Shown: positions 1 through 11,628, counted from the first letter of the stretch. The stretch: DNA of 64,000 bases from Leucoraja ocellata (GCA_036785375.1 JAWMAR010001184.1:186001-250000); one strand, 5' to 3'. A program made the numbers and translations. Notes: a model not told the origin generated them from the letters alone.

Positions 1-120
1 CTCCTATGTATACACTGTAAATGGATCGTTTGTAATCATGTATTGTCTTTCTGCTGACTGGTTAGCACGCAACAAAAGCTTTTCACTGTACCTCGGTACA
101 CGTGACAATAAACTCAACTG
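1..120 (+). mobile_element. Rex1/Babar-like LINE 3' tail fragment
   Basis: '...aaagcttttcactgtacctcggtacacgtgacaataaact' tail; near-identical to the tail at ~23010-23099 and, inverted, to ~10170-10215, which adjoins Rex1-type coding remnants. Confidence 0.6.
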
Positions 121-149
121 ATTTTCTATCAACACAACCTGGAAGCTAG

Positions 150-560
150 GGAGGAAACCAAGGAGGGTTCCATTCTTACCTTAAAGAAAGTGTTCATATC
201 CCAGAGGGAGACGATGGATCCTCCTGGGTGACTTCAACACCCGGGTGGGAAATGGCACATCCTTCGGGAAAGAGGGAGTTGGAAAACTAACTCCATCATG
301 GTCACCCTCCTAACAAATGCTTCCTAGAGCATGGTCCAGAGTCACGAACGAGTGGTCATGGAACACCCAAGCTCCAGGTACCTGCTAGATTATATTATCG
401 TCCAAGTGGAGAAACGCAATGTTTGAATCACCTGTGCCATTATTTGCTCTGATGATTGTTGCTTCAACCAGCATGTAATCTATCTAATTATCTCCATCAA
501 TCTGGTCCCAAAACACCATCACCAACAGAAACAGTGTCATAAGACAATCTGTGTTGAAGT
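150..560 (+). mobile_element. Highly degenerate RTE-like LINE AP-endonuclease remnant
   Basis: Broken motifs DFNTRVG, GKEGVGK, HPSSRYLLDYIIV resemble RTE endonuclease segments; many indels. Confidence 0.4.
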
Positions 561-2210
561 TCACAAAGCATCTGCACCAGCAGCTTTTGTTTTTAGTACC
601 ACACACTAGCTGGTGACATCCAGCCAACAATACAGCGTGCCTGGACTGCACTATAATTAACAAATTGGCTTCACCAGCAGGACTGATTTGACAAGAGTGA
701 TCAATACCCTTTGGCAGTGGAAGAGGTTTTTGAAGATGAAAACCTCAAACCTGGCACAGAACCCATGGTTACCTGGGAGGCAGTAATCTCTGGCCATCTA
801 CTTTCTTTGATCTGCTACTTACAGTCACATCAAGGCACTGGAAAGATCCACTAGATCTTCACTGAATCCCCCCCCAATTCACAGACAAGTGGGTCAACAT
901 CAGCATCCTCTCCCATGGCAACATCCCCAGCATTGTGGTCTTAACTCGCACAGCCCCGTTGGGCAGGCCATTTTGTTTGCTGACTCCTGAGATAAATAGG
1001 GGTTTGCTGAACAAAATGACAGGTGGTCTGAGCAAAAGATTAAAAGATGTTTTCAAAAACATCCCTGATAAAGGTAGACAAAATGTTTAAGAAGGAACTG
1101 CAGATGCTGGAAAATCGAAGGTAGACAAAAATGCTGGGGAAACTCAACAGGTGAGGCAGCATCTATGGAGCGAAGGTAATAGGCAACGTTTCAGGTCGAG
1201 ACCCTTCTTCTGATGAGGGTGGGAAGAAGAAAGGAAGAGGCGGAGGGAGAACTGAGAGAAGTCAATGTCCATACCGCTGGGGTGTAAACTGCCCAAGTGT
1301 AATACGAGTTGCTGCTCCTCCAATTTACAGTGGTCCTCACTCTGGCCATGGAGGAGACCCAGGATAGAAAGGTCAGATTCGGAATGAGGGGGAGTTGATG
1401 TGCTGAGCCAACCGGAGATCAGGTTGGTTATTGCGAACTGAGCGGAGGTGTTGAGCGAAGCGATCGCCAAGCCAACGCTTGGTCTCACCGATGTAGAGCA
1501 GCTGACATCTAGAGCAGCGGATGCAATAGATGAGGTTGCAGGAGGTGCAGGTAAACCTCTGCCACACCTGGAAAGACTGCTTGGGTCTTTGAATGGAGTC
1601 AAGGGGGGAGGTAAAGCAACAAGTGTAGCATTTCCTGCGGTTGCAAGGGAAAGTGCCAGGAGAAGGGGTGGTTTGGATGGGAAGGAACAAATTAACCAGG
1701 GAGTTACGGAGGGAGCGATCTCTGCAGAAAGCAGACAGAGGAGGAGATGGGAAGATGCTTTCTTCCCATCCAATTGTTCAAGCGCTTTTGATTGCAACAT
1801 GCTCCTTAATTTAGTTCAACAAAGAAACTGACAAGTTACTAAAGAACCTTTGGTGGTGGGATCCCGTTGGAGGTGGCGAAAATGTCGGAGGATTATTTGT
1901 TGTGTGACAGCTGGTAGGGTGGAAGGTGAGGACAACGGGGACTCTGCCCTTGTTACGAGTGGGGGGGGGGGGGGGGGGGGGTGAGTGAGAGCAGAATTAC
2001 AGGGTATAGAAGAGACCCTGGTGAGAGCCTCATCTATAACCCCCTTTCCCTGAAGAATGAGGACATTTCCGATGCCCTGGTGTGGAAAAACCTCATCCTG
2101 GGTGCAGATGTGGCGTAGACGGAGGAATTAGGAGTAGGGGATGGAGTCATTGCAGGAAGCTGGGTGGGAAGAAGTGTAGTCCAATAAGCATGGGAGTCAG
2201 TGGGTTTATA

Positions 2211-2884
2211 GGGTAATTTCACGAAAGGTCACTGGATCATAGATCCTCACCCACGTGGACGCAAAATTTAACTGGGGTACAAACGTCACTTCATGTTATT
2301 GATGCTGGAAACGAGTACTTTCACACCCATTAAAAACTGCAAAAATGGCCCGTTTTTGAGCTGTAAATGACTGTGCCAGTCGGGGTGACCGCTAGGCACA
2401 GTTATCTTACTTTAGAGTCCAGAAGATAAAGAAAAACAAAAGTAAAGACAAGAGGGAGCTGAAGGGGCAACAACAGCGGAAGTGGTTAGCAAACATTGGC
2501 CGTGCAGATATAAAGATAGAAAATATCGGGAATTATCGCGTTTGCTCACTGCATTTCATCTTTATTAATTTGTTATATAAAAAGTTTTAAAAGTGAAAAA
2601 TCCATCATTAAAATTGCAAAATCTTCCATGGTTCTCAGGTGTGTTTTAACATGCAAAAAGAAAATGCTTCTGAAGCTACATTTACCATTTAAATAATCGT
2701 AAACCATAAATGCGTTTTGAAATGAATTTTACTCAGCTGCAAGCTAAGGAATGGGATCATTGTCAGCTGTTAATTGGATAATAATAATAAAATGTCCTGA
2801 TTTTGTCCAATTAACAGCTGACAATTATCCCATTCCTTAGCTTGCATCTGAGTAAAATTCATTTCAAAACGCATTTATGGTTTA
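2211..2884. mobile_element. Non-coding AT-rich insertion (probable DNA-transposon/MITE fragment) inside the Penelope RT
   Basis: Penelope homology stops at 2210 (YKPTD) and resumes at 2885 (TQLTD); the insert starts GGGTAATTTCACGAAAGGTCAC; family not determined. Confidence 0.55.
2700..2884. repeat. Long inverted repeat, 79-bp arms (2700-2778 / 2806-2884), 27-nt spacer
   Basis: Direct reverse-complement comparison: 77/79 identical. Confidence 0.95.
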
Positions 2885-3599
2885 GTCAGTGAGTTGTGTG
2901 CGGGTGCAGGAGGTAGCACCAATGCAGTCGTCGATGTAGCGGAGGTAGAGTTTGGGGACAGTGCCTTGGTACACCTCGAACAAAGATTGTTCGGCGTACC
3001 CAACAAAGAGGCAGGCATAGCTTAGGTCCATGCACGTGCCCATAGCTACGCCTTGTGTGGGAGGAGTCAAACAAAAAGTTGTTTAGGGTAAGGACCAGCT
3101 CCGCTAGGTGGAGGAGAGTATCAGTAGACGGGGATTGGTTGGTTCTGCGGTCGAGGAAGAAACGGAGGGCTTTAAGACCCTCCTGGTGGGGGATGGGGGA
3201 TGGAGGTGTAGAGTGACTGGACATCCGTGGTAAAGATGAGTGAATGGGTGCCTGGAAAATGGAAGTATACCTTGCTCCAGTCTGCTCAAAGTGGACACCT
3301 TGTTTTCAGGTTGAGCCTGAGATCCACCTGTTGGGAATACACATAAATAAGCCCAGTGTAAATGATGAAAGGCCTACCACACTACACACCAACTACACAC
3401 CAGCCCGCACTACAAAGGACAAGAAATACTGACCAGTTCTTCAAGATGAAGTCCCCAGTTTATTTTCCAATTATATTATAAAGTTAATCCCCAATATGCC
3501 AACACCTTTATTATATGTCAGTGTGTTGCATTGTTTGCCAGCACTTGGCGTTCATTAGCTTTGCATTAACTGCAGGCCATGTGCCTTCACTGAAAATGC

Positions 3600-3830
3600 T
3601 CACCTGTGATTGACAGGTCCGCTCCAGGGTTTCATTTCCGGGTCAGAGTGCGGCAAGATGGCGTCGCCCAGGCTCCGGTGCTGAGAGTCGGGAGCTTGTG
3701 GAAGGTAAAGGCGGCCGGGGCCGGGAGGGCGCGGGGACAGAGTCTGCCATTTTGAGGAGCCCCTTGCGGGCAGCTCATTCAAATGTGGGTGGGTGTGTGT
3801 GTGGCCGAGGTCAGCGTCTCCCCGTCCACT
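3600..3830 (+). promoter_or_regulatory. CpG-rich housekeeping-type promoter of MRPS16
   Basis: Local GC/CpG peak; TGATTGACAG (PBX-PREP/MEIS decamer) 3607-3616; ATTTCCGG ETS-like site ~3634-3641; YY1-like CAAGATGGCG 3654-3663 and GCCATTTT 3746-3753. Confidence 0.75.
3640..3704 (+). other. MRPS16: Predicted non-coding first exon of MRPS16 (start approximate)
   Basis: Donor GAAG|GTAAAG at 3704/3705; matching acceptor cttctttaccctag| at 4774, 24 nt upstream of the ATG. Confidence 0.6.
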
Positions 3831-3904
3831 CGCCTCCAATGTCACTGCTGCTGAGGAGTCACCTGCCTAATCACCGTTCTCCACCGGTCTGAAGAAGGGC
3901 CTCA

Positions 3905-4190
3905 CCCCTCCTTGACCATTGTCACTCACCCTCTATTCCCCCTCCCTGTCCGCCCCCCCCACATCTCCCCGCCTATCTACCCCTCCTTGTCCATTTCCCC
4001 CCTCACTATCCATTCCCCTTCCTGTCTACCCCCCTGTCCATTTCCCCTTCCCTGTCTATCTCCCCCAACTTGTCCATTCCGACCTCCCTGTCCACCCCCC
4101 CATGTTAATTCCACATCCTCTGTACATTGCCCCTCCTGCCCTGCCCGTTTCCCCCTCCTCTGCTCCTCTCCATTCCATCCATTCTCTTTA
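3905..4190. repeat. Pyrimidine (C/T)-rich low-complexity tract within a decayed Penelope-derived repeat
   Basis: Runs of cccct/ctgtc flanked by 'ggtctgaagaaggg' (~3886) and 'gattccagcatctgcagt' (~4230). Confidence 0.75.
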
Positions 4191-4798
4191 CAGATACTGA
4201 GTTCCTCCTGTACTTTATGTTTTGATCAAGATTCCAGCATCTGCAGTCCCCTGTCCTATCATCACTAACACAATGACCAACGTTGCGAATGGTGAGATAC
4301 CAGTGGTCAGAAACTACACTAGCAGTCAGAGAATGGGTGTTTGGCGATTTTCAATTCATTTCCTGCCTTAAAGCCTTCGAACCCTCTCAGGCACAAATCA
4401 GGTGTGTTGTAAAATACTTGCCTGAAGTATATAGCATCAGCAACTCTTGCAAACCACAAACCCACCCCGGAAAACCAGTCTACTTGATTGACATCACATT
4501 GATCACCTTGAGTCTTCATTCCGCCTACCACACGTGCACAGTGGCTGCAGAATATTAATAGACTGACATGGGAATTGCATCATTGAAATTTACCTGCAGA
4601 TGGAGATCATTTGTGGCATCCTGACCTGCTGTCCAGAAGAAAGCTATGAAAACAACTGCCACTTCCTTTCTGCTAAATGAATCTATTTCCATCTGATAAT
4701 GCTTTAGTTTAATTATTTTATGCATCTCCAATGAAAACGTGTCAGTTTAAAAAATTCATTCTTCTTTACCCTAGGCATAAAATTGGAAGAGGGACATC

Positions 4799-4811
4799 AT
4801 GGTGCATCTCT
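4799..4811 (+). CDS. MRPS16: Mitochondrial ribosomal protein S16 (bS16m), first coding exon (MVHL + 1 nt)
   Basis: ATG GTG CAT CTC T|gtaagt: matches the vertebrate MRPS16 N-terminus MVHL, with a consensus donor; phase 1 joins exon 6086. Confidence 0.9.
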
Positions 4812-6085
4812 GTAAGTACAACTGAACAGAGTCTCTTGCAGTTTAGTAGCCTAGCTCAATTATGTTACTTGTTTTGAGCACAAAGAACATAATTCTGTTT
4901 GTAATGTCAGACCACTTTACATAGAGTTGTCCAAATCCCAGTGAGGGAACTGAGGGAGTTCTGGTGACCAGCACATGTTAATCCAGCTCCCATCACCATC
5001 ACTCTTTCCTGGTTCCATTCCTGCTGTTTCTGTATTTGCAATCAAATAGACTTCTTAGTTCTGGCACAATTTTCCATGCTGCAGGTCTGGTTGACGCGCT
5101 GACCACATGCAGCCTTAGTTGAAGCTCAATGAGACCGTAGTTGAGGCAACAGCCCCGTGGTCAGTAAGCCAGGTGGCATTACAACATCAATTCTTGCCTG
5201 ATGACTGAGGTGAATTTCAATCACTTATGTGTTTCTCATCGTGTAGTTTTCATTTCTCTACTTTCCACTCACCCCCCCCCCCCGACCCCCCGTCTCCTCC
5301 AACTGTTGAGAACATAATTTGGAGGAAATGAGCTTTTAATGCTCCTTGAACACTTTTCAATATTTGAATTAACTTGAAGCACTGCAGTTTGTGTGCCCCT
5401 CACACCATCACCACTTCACACTCTAACTCTGAGCTTCTCCCACTGGATGAACTAGCAGGTCATTCCCAACTCCCATCTCACATTAATCCACGATCAGCAC
5501 TCAGTCCCTCCCGACTGAAAATGCTTCAAGTGAGTAGCAGTTTATCATCTCAAAAGTGTTTCCTAAGCAATGAATTACTTTGAACTGAAGTCATGCCCCA
5601 GCCAAATACAACACTTATTTTGCATAAAGCAAGGTCTTGTTTAACAAAAAAGCAAGTTGAATTGCCCAATTATTTTGTTTTGATTGTACTGATTGAGGGG
5701 AAAGTCAATCAGTATCGCTCAAGATATTGTGAGGGATCTTGGCCTACCTTCAGAGTCCCAGGATTATGAGCAACCACCAGGACCATTGAGCAGAGGTCTC
5801 AGTCTGATGACCTTTCTGAACAAAGGTATCCTCCTGTGTCACACTCCAAAATCATGCACATTCGATTTTGAGCCAGAGACCTGCTAAATAGGTCACTGCT
5901 GCTAACTGTAGGGTGCACTCCCTCCACTCCCACCTCTGAAAGTCAGCTGGAGATTTCTGCCTTTGGACCATTTTATTTTTCTCTGCTTTTCCTCACCTCC
6001 ACACACGATGTACAGAGTTTGGAATAATCTCAATTGGCTGGTCCTGGTGTCAAGGCAGTTGAATAATGTGTCTTTTGTTTTACAG

Positions 6086-6346
6086 CTCTGAATTTGCTGA
6101 AATATTATCACCGGGGGTTTGTGTGCATCCGCTTTGCACTGGGCGGCTGCACCAATCGCCCCTTCTACAAGATTGTGGCTGCACACAACAAGCGGGCCCG
6201 GGATGGCAAGTTCCTGGAGCAGTTGGGCTCCTACGACCCCATGCCCAACGTCTTCAACGAGAAGCTGGTCAGTTTGAACTTGGACAGAGTGAAGTATTGG
6301 CTGGGCTGTGGCGCACAGATGACAAAGCCGGTCTCCAAGCTGCTAG
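6086..6346 (+). CDS. MRPS16: Mitochondrial ribosomal protein S16, second coding exon
   Basis: ttttgttttacag| acceptor; encodes [73 protein letters not shown] (S16 domain); donor G|gtaaaa. Confidence 0.97.
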
Positions 6347-6433
6347 GTAAAAGCCTTCCTCATGCCCTTTTCCCCCCTGATGTTTAGAGTTACTCATCGT
6401 TCAGCAGTGATTGGATTTGAACACGGTTTAGGT

Positions 6434-6920
6434 CTTGGTTTATTATTGTCATGTGTTCTGAGCTACAGTGAAAAGCTTTGTTATCTATTCATGTCAGATA
6501 ATACTCCACATAAATTTAAGTTCAACTCAATTCCTAATGGTAGAACAAATGGGAAGATACAGAGGCATAATATAGTTCTCAGCATTGTGGCGCATGTGTT
6601 TCATAGAAGCCCAATCTTCGCAGTTGGGTGAAGGTGAATTGGACAGTACCCCAGTTTATCGTAGGACTGTTCAGAGGCCTGATAATAAATGGGAAGAAGC
6701 TGTTTCTGAGTCGGATGGTGTGCAATTTCAAGCTTCTGTATCCTCTGCCTGACAGGAGTAGGGAGAAGGAATTACCAAGTTGGGACAAGTCTTTGATTAT
6801 GTTGGCTGTTTTTCCGAGGCATTGTGAAGTGTAGATGGAGTCAGTGGTGGGGAATCTGGTCTGTGTGATGGACTGGACCATAACCACAACTCTCTGCAAT
6901 TTCTTGCTGTCTTGGGCAGA
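6434..6920 (-). mobile_element. Rex1/Babar-like LINE 3' fragment (MRPS16 intron)
   Basis: QRVV..QSIT..IYTSQCLGKTANIIKD..LSGRGYRSLKLHTIRLRNSFFP C-terminal motif plus a tgacaataataaac tail. Confidence 0.8.
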
Positions 6921-8089
6921 ACTTGGGTAAGTTGTTTGGAGTTGGTGGCTTGAAGGAAAAGGAACGTCAGGAAAGTGGGATGTTGTTAAAAATGTGCTGA
7001 CAAGAGTTCAGGGCAGGCACATTCCTGTTGGAGTGAAGGGCAAGACAGTAAAATGTAAGGAAGTAGGCAAGGCAAGGGAAATTGAGGATTTGGGCAAAAG
7101 TAAGGAGACATGGGACAGCTGGGATCAAGTGTACCCCTGGAGGAGTTTCGGTAACCGAGTAGCAAGCTGAAATCAGAAAGGCAAAAAAATAGACAGGAGA
7201 TAGCTCTGGCAGATAGCATTAAGAATAATCCCAAGAGATTTTATAAGTACATAAAGAAAAAAACCATGAGAGAATGGAACCCGTCAGGAATCAAAGCGGT
7301 CAACTCTGCGTGGAGTCACAGAAGATGGACAAGTAATTCAATGAGTGTTTCTCCTCTGTTTTTACCGTGGAGAAAGACAGGAGGACAGAGGAATTTGGGG
7401 CAGTCACTGGAAGTGTCTTGAGAGCAGTCAGTATTATGGTCGAGGAGTGGCTGAAGGTCTTGACATGTATGAATGTAGACAAATCTCCCGGACCTGATCA
7501 GATATATCCGAGGAAACTGTGGGAAGGGAGGAAATTGCAAGAGCCCTGGCTAAGATTTATAAGCCGCCATTAAATACGTGAGGTGCCAGACATCTGGAAG
7601 GTGGCAAATGCTGTGCCTCTATCCAAGAAGGGCAGCAGAGAAAAGACTGGGAACTACAGGCCAGCGAGCTTAACATCTGTTGTTGGAAAGTTACCAGAGA
7701 GTACTCTGAGGGATGGGATAGACATGCATAGCATATACATATATGACAAGGGCTGATTAGGGATCGCCAGCATGGTTTTATACATGTCACTTTTGAATCT
7801 GATTGCGTTTTTTGATCATGTGACCGAGAAGGTTGATGAAGACATAGCGGTGGATATGCATATGGATTTCACCAAGGCATTTGACAATGTTCCGCATGGT
7901 AGGCTGCTCTAGAAGATTAGATCCCATGGGGTCCAAGGAGAGATAGCTGAATGGATAGAAAATTGGCTTAATGGAAGGAAGCAGAGGGTGATGGTGAAAG
8001 GCTGCTTTTCGGACTGGAGGCCTGTGACTAGTAGGTGTGACTCGGGGTTCGTTGCTGAGCCCATTGCTATTTGTCATCTATATCAATGA

Positions 8090-8223
8090 GGTGGGAGATT
8101 GCAACCTTCATGTGGTCTACTATGTTTCGACTAATGCAATCAACCCGACGTGCACAAACAAAAGATCAAATAGAACAAGTTGACCTACAACTTTAGGCTG
8201 TGCACACCATACGCAAGAAGAAG
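8090..8223 (+). mobile_element. Short retroposon with a 5' HDV-like ribozyme motif and (AAG)n tail (Ingi/Vingi-like non-autonomous), copy 1
   Basis: Inserted in CR1 with a 14-bp TSD ATCT(A/T)TATCAATGA (8076-8089 / 8224-8237); homologous to 24533-24678. Confidence 0.85.
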
Positions 8224-8615
8224 ATCTTTATCAATGATTTAGATGAGAACGTACATGGCATGGTTAGCAAGTGTGCAGATGACACAAATGCGAGTGGTAT
8301 TGTAGATAGTGAAGATGGTTGTCAAAAAATGCAGCAGGATCTTGATTAGTTGGCCAGGTGAGATGAGGAATGATTAATACAGAGAAATGTGAGGTGTTGC
8401 ATTTTGGGAAGACTAACATGGGCAGGACCTATACAGAGAATGGCAAGGCTCTGGGGAGTGTTGTAGAGGAGATGGATCTAGGATACAGGTACATAGTTTG
8501 TTGAATGTGGCGCCACAGGTAGATAGGATGGTCAAAAAGATACAGGCACATTGGCCTTCATCAGCCAGAGTATTGAGATTAGAAATTGGGAGGTCATAAT
8601 GCAGTTATACAAGAT

Positions 8616-9336
8616 ACACAATACAATACAATTTATTTGTCACTTGAACCTCATAGAGGCTCAAGTGAAATGTTGTTTCTACAGTCATACACACAAGAAA
8701 AAAAAAGACCCAAAACACAACACAATTTACACAGACATCCATCACAGCGCATCTCCTCCTCGCTGTGATGGAAGGCAAAAATACTTATCTCTTCCCTGCA
8801 CTCCCCATTCCCCTCCCGATGTCAGAGTCAAAGCCCCCGGCGGGCGATGGCAATTGTCCCGCGGCCATTAACGCCGCGCCGGGTGATGCAAGGCCGCGCT
8901 CCGGGTCTTGTCGTTGGAGCCCCCGGCGGGCGCTAGCAAAGTCCCGCAGCCGTTGTCCAAGCCGCGCGGGGCGATGATGTAAGGCCCCGCTCCAGGTACT
9001 CCTCGACCCCGCGACTCGGGTGGGAGAAGTCGCCGTTGTGGAAGCCCCGAAAAGCGGTCTCCCAGCAGGGACCCGCGGGCTCCCGGTATCACCGTCCACT
9101 GGACCCGTGGCCGGAGCCTCCAAACCCCGGGGGGTCGGGTCACAGCAGCTCGCCACCACAGCTCCACCCGCTCCGGACTCGGCGATGGTGAGTAGCTCCG
9201 CAGCTCCGCGACTGGAGCCCCAGGTTGTTCCTGCTGGAGGCCGCTCCACGGTGCTCAGCCCCAACGACAACGGAGACCCGACAGGGAAAAGGTCGGGCTC
9301 TCTGTGCAGGGGATAGATTTTAAAAGTTTCCCCCCC

Positions 9337-9367
<31 letters not shown>

Positions 9368-9456
9368 ACCCACCTCATCAAAAAAAAATAAAAACTACAT
9401 TAAAACGGGACAAAAATAACAAAGACAGACGAACTGCAGAGGCCGCTGCGACGTGA
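8616..9456 (-). mobile_element. GC-rich non-autonomous LINE-dependent element, copy 1 (nested in CR1)
   Basis: Interrupts CR1 between 'cagttatacaaga' and 'gttagtgaggccgca'; homologous to 15417-16135; 3' stem-loop plus tgacaaataaa and (ATTGT)n tail on the minus strand. Confidence 0.8.
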
Positions 9457-9786
9457 GTTGTTAGTGAGGCCGCATTGTGTTCAGTTATGGGCACCATGTT
9501 ATAGGAAAGATTTTGTCAAGTTGGAAAGGGTGCAGAGAAGATTTATGAGGATGTTGCCAGGACACGAGGGCCTGAGCTATAGGGAGAAGTTGAGCAGGCT
9601 AGGACTCTATTCCATGGAGTGCAGTCAGATGATGGTGATCTTATAGAGGTGTACAAAGTCATGAGAGGAATTGATTGCATAAACACACAGTCTCTTCCCA
9701 GAGGAGGAGAAATCGAGAACCAGAGGACATAGGTTTAAGGTGAGGAGATAAGTTTAAGATTTAATGGGAACCAGAGGACACACAAA

Positions 9787-9890
9787 TAGATGCTGCATAG
9801 ATGCTTCGCTCCATAGATACTGCTGCACCCGCTGAGTTTCTCCAGCATTTTTGTGTACCTTCGATTTTCCAGCATCTGCAGTTCCTTCTT
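9787..9890 (+). mobile_element. Penelope-derived terminal-repeat fragment nested in CR1
   Basis: 'ctccatagat..ctgcacccgctgagtttctccagc..agcatctgcagttccttctt' flanked by GGACACACAAA at 9776-9786 and 9891-9901. Confidence 0.8.
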
Positions 9891-10116
9891 GGACACACAA
9901 AGGATGGTGGGTGTATGGAAAGAGCTGCCAGAGGAGGTAGTTGAGGCAGGTACTATGGCAATGTGTAAGAAACATTTAAACAGGTACATGGATAGGACAA
10001 GTTTAGAGGGATATGGGTTCAAGTGCAAGCGGGTGGGATGAGTGTAGGTGGGATATGTTGATCGGTGAGGGCATGTTGGGCTGAAGGGCCTGTTTCCACG
10101 CTATATGACTATGAGA

Positions 10117-10850
10117 AACGTTCCCAAACAAAGCTATGATGCAACCCAACAACATGCTTTCTGTAGAATGTTAGTTTATTGTCACGTGTGCCGAGGTACA
10201 GTGAAAAGCTTTAGCTGCATGCTCATCACTCAGCGGAAAGACTGTACATAATTACATCGAGCCATTCACACTCTACAGAAACATGATGAAGGAAATAATG
10301 TTTAGTGCAAGATAAAGTCCATTAAAATCAAATTAAAAATAGTCCAAGAGTCTCCATTGAAGTAGATAGTAGCTCAGGACCGCTCTCTAGTTGTTGATAG
10401 GATGGTTCAGTTGGCTGATAGCTGCTGGGAAGAAACTGTCCGTGAATCTTGGCTGATGGGAGAGGAGGAGTGACCGGGGTGAGACTCATTCTCGTTATGC
10501 TGTAGCCTTGCTGAGGTAGCGTCGGGTGTAATTGGAGTCAATGGGAGGGAAGTTGGTTTGTGTGATGATGGTCTGGACTGTGTCCACAATTTCTTGCAGT
10601 CTTGAATGTAGCTGTTCCCAAACCATGCTGTGATGCATCCTGATAAATTGGCGCATTCTACGGCGCATCTGTAGAGGTTGGTGAGACATGCCAAACTTCC
10701 CGAGGCTTCTAAAGAAGTAGAGACGTTGTGTGCTCTCTTGGCCATTGCTTTGATATGGGTGATCCAGTACAAGATGCTGGTGATATTTACTCCTCAGAAT
10801 TTGAAACTTTCACCCATCTCTATGTCGGCACCATCAATGCATTGGTGTAC
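10117..10850 (-). mobile_element. Rex1/Babar-like LINE fragments
   Basis: TNLYRCAVE..SGCITAWFGN..QDCKKL motif; tail homologous to 1-120. Confidence 0.75.
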
Positions 10851-11324
10851 CTTCTTGACTGTCACTTCAATGTGGTTGGTCCACCACAGATTATTGGTAA
10901 TATAAATGCAAGGAACTTGAAGCAGTCAACCAGTTCACCCTGTTTGGAGAGAGTGAGAGCAGATGTGAGCCTGATCCCTGTCAGGTGTAGATTGTACAGC
11001 ACAGTCCCCTCATTGCCCTCCCTGTCCCAGCAGCACAGATGCAACACGTTTCCAGTTGGCTCTGACACACACCACCTCAAACACCCACGCCACAGGAAGC
11101 CGGTTCCTATTTTTTATTTTATGTTTGTTGCCCTCTCATCCAATGTCTCTGGCCAGCCAGGTATGGGATCCTGACAGTACATGGTCTGGGTGGACAAGCA
11201 GATGGACCCCTTCCCAAAAGGTTAAACTCACCCAGCGTCTCAATTCCAACAACTAATCAGGTGCCAGTAACTGATGTGCCAGCACCCTGCCCCAATGCCG
11301 AGTGCAGGTTTAACAAACTCAAGG

Positions 11325-11628
11325 GTAGCACAGTGTCATGGCTGGTGGAACTGTTGGTTCCTACTCCAGTGGCCCTGATTCATTACTGACTGACTGGTGC
11401 AGTGCATGTATGCTCTCCCCATGACAACATGGCTTTCCTCTCACATGCTAATGAATACAGTTTGATAGGCTAATTGGCTTATGTGAACATGTTCAATATG
11501 AAGGTCAGTGTAGAATCCGGGGGGGTTGATGGGAATGAGTGGAGAATAAAGCAGGATCAGTGTAAATAGCTGCCTAATGGTTGGCATGGACTCGGTGAGC
11601 TAATGAGTGTTTCCACACAGTGTGACTG
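11325..11628 (+). mobile_element. Degenerate tRNA-derived V-SINE (HE1-like)
   Basis: ggtagcacagtg head, 'gctctccccatgac..tggctttcctc' core, 'ggctaattggc' and a CR1-like tail; homologous to 50776-51075. Confidence 0.6.

Larger units (their letters stand above)
1071..3250 (-). mobile_element. Penelope-like element (RT + GIY-YIG endonuclease + terminal repeat), disrupted
   Basis: Minus-strand translations: IPHQEGLKALRFFL..LAELVLTLNNF, QGVAMGTCM..SYACLFVGY, YLRYIDDCIG (RT); YKPTDSH; PCNRRKCYTC..NLIYCIRCSRCQLLYIGETKR..RFAQH (Zn knuckle + GIY-YIG). Frameshifted and interrupted at ~1758-1850 and 2211-2884. Confidence 0.92.
6925..10112 (+). mobile_element. CR1-clade LINE (RT region to 3' tail), degenerate, with three nested insertions
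   Basis: DKSPGPDQIYPR, YMDFTKAFDNVPHGRL, ADDT, LVRPH..LERVQRRF motifs; tail 'gggctgaagggcctgtttccacgctatatgactatg'. Confidence 0.9.

Noticed and set aside
3658-3684. uORF MASPR resembling the human HEG1 N-terminus
   Set aside because: Only five residues followed by an early stop; coincidence with the YY1 motif.
6094-6387. Stand-alone bacterial-type rpsP ORF or horizontal transfer
   Set aside because: It is an internal exon with splice sites and in-phase flanking exons of nuclear MRPS16.
8765-9381. Long overlapping GC-rich ORFs (also 15434-16208)
   Set aside because: Stop-poor because of GC content; indels between the two copies shift frames and there is no protein motif.
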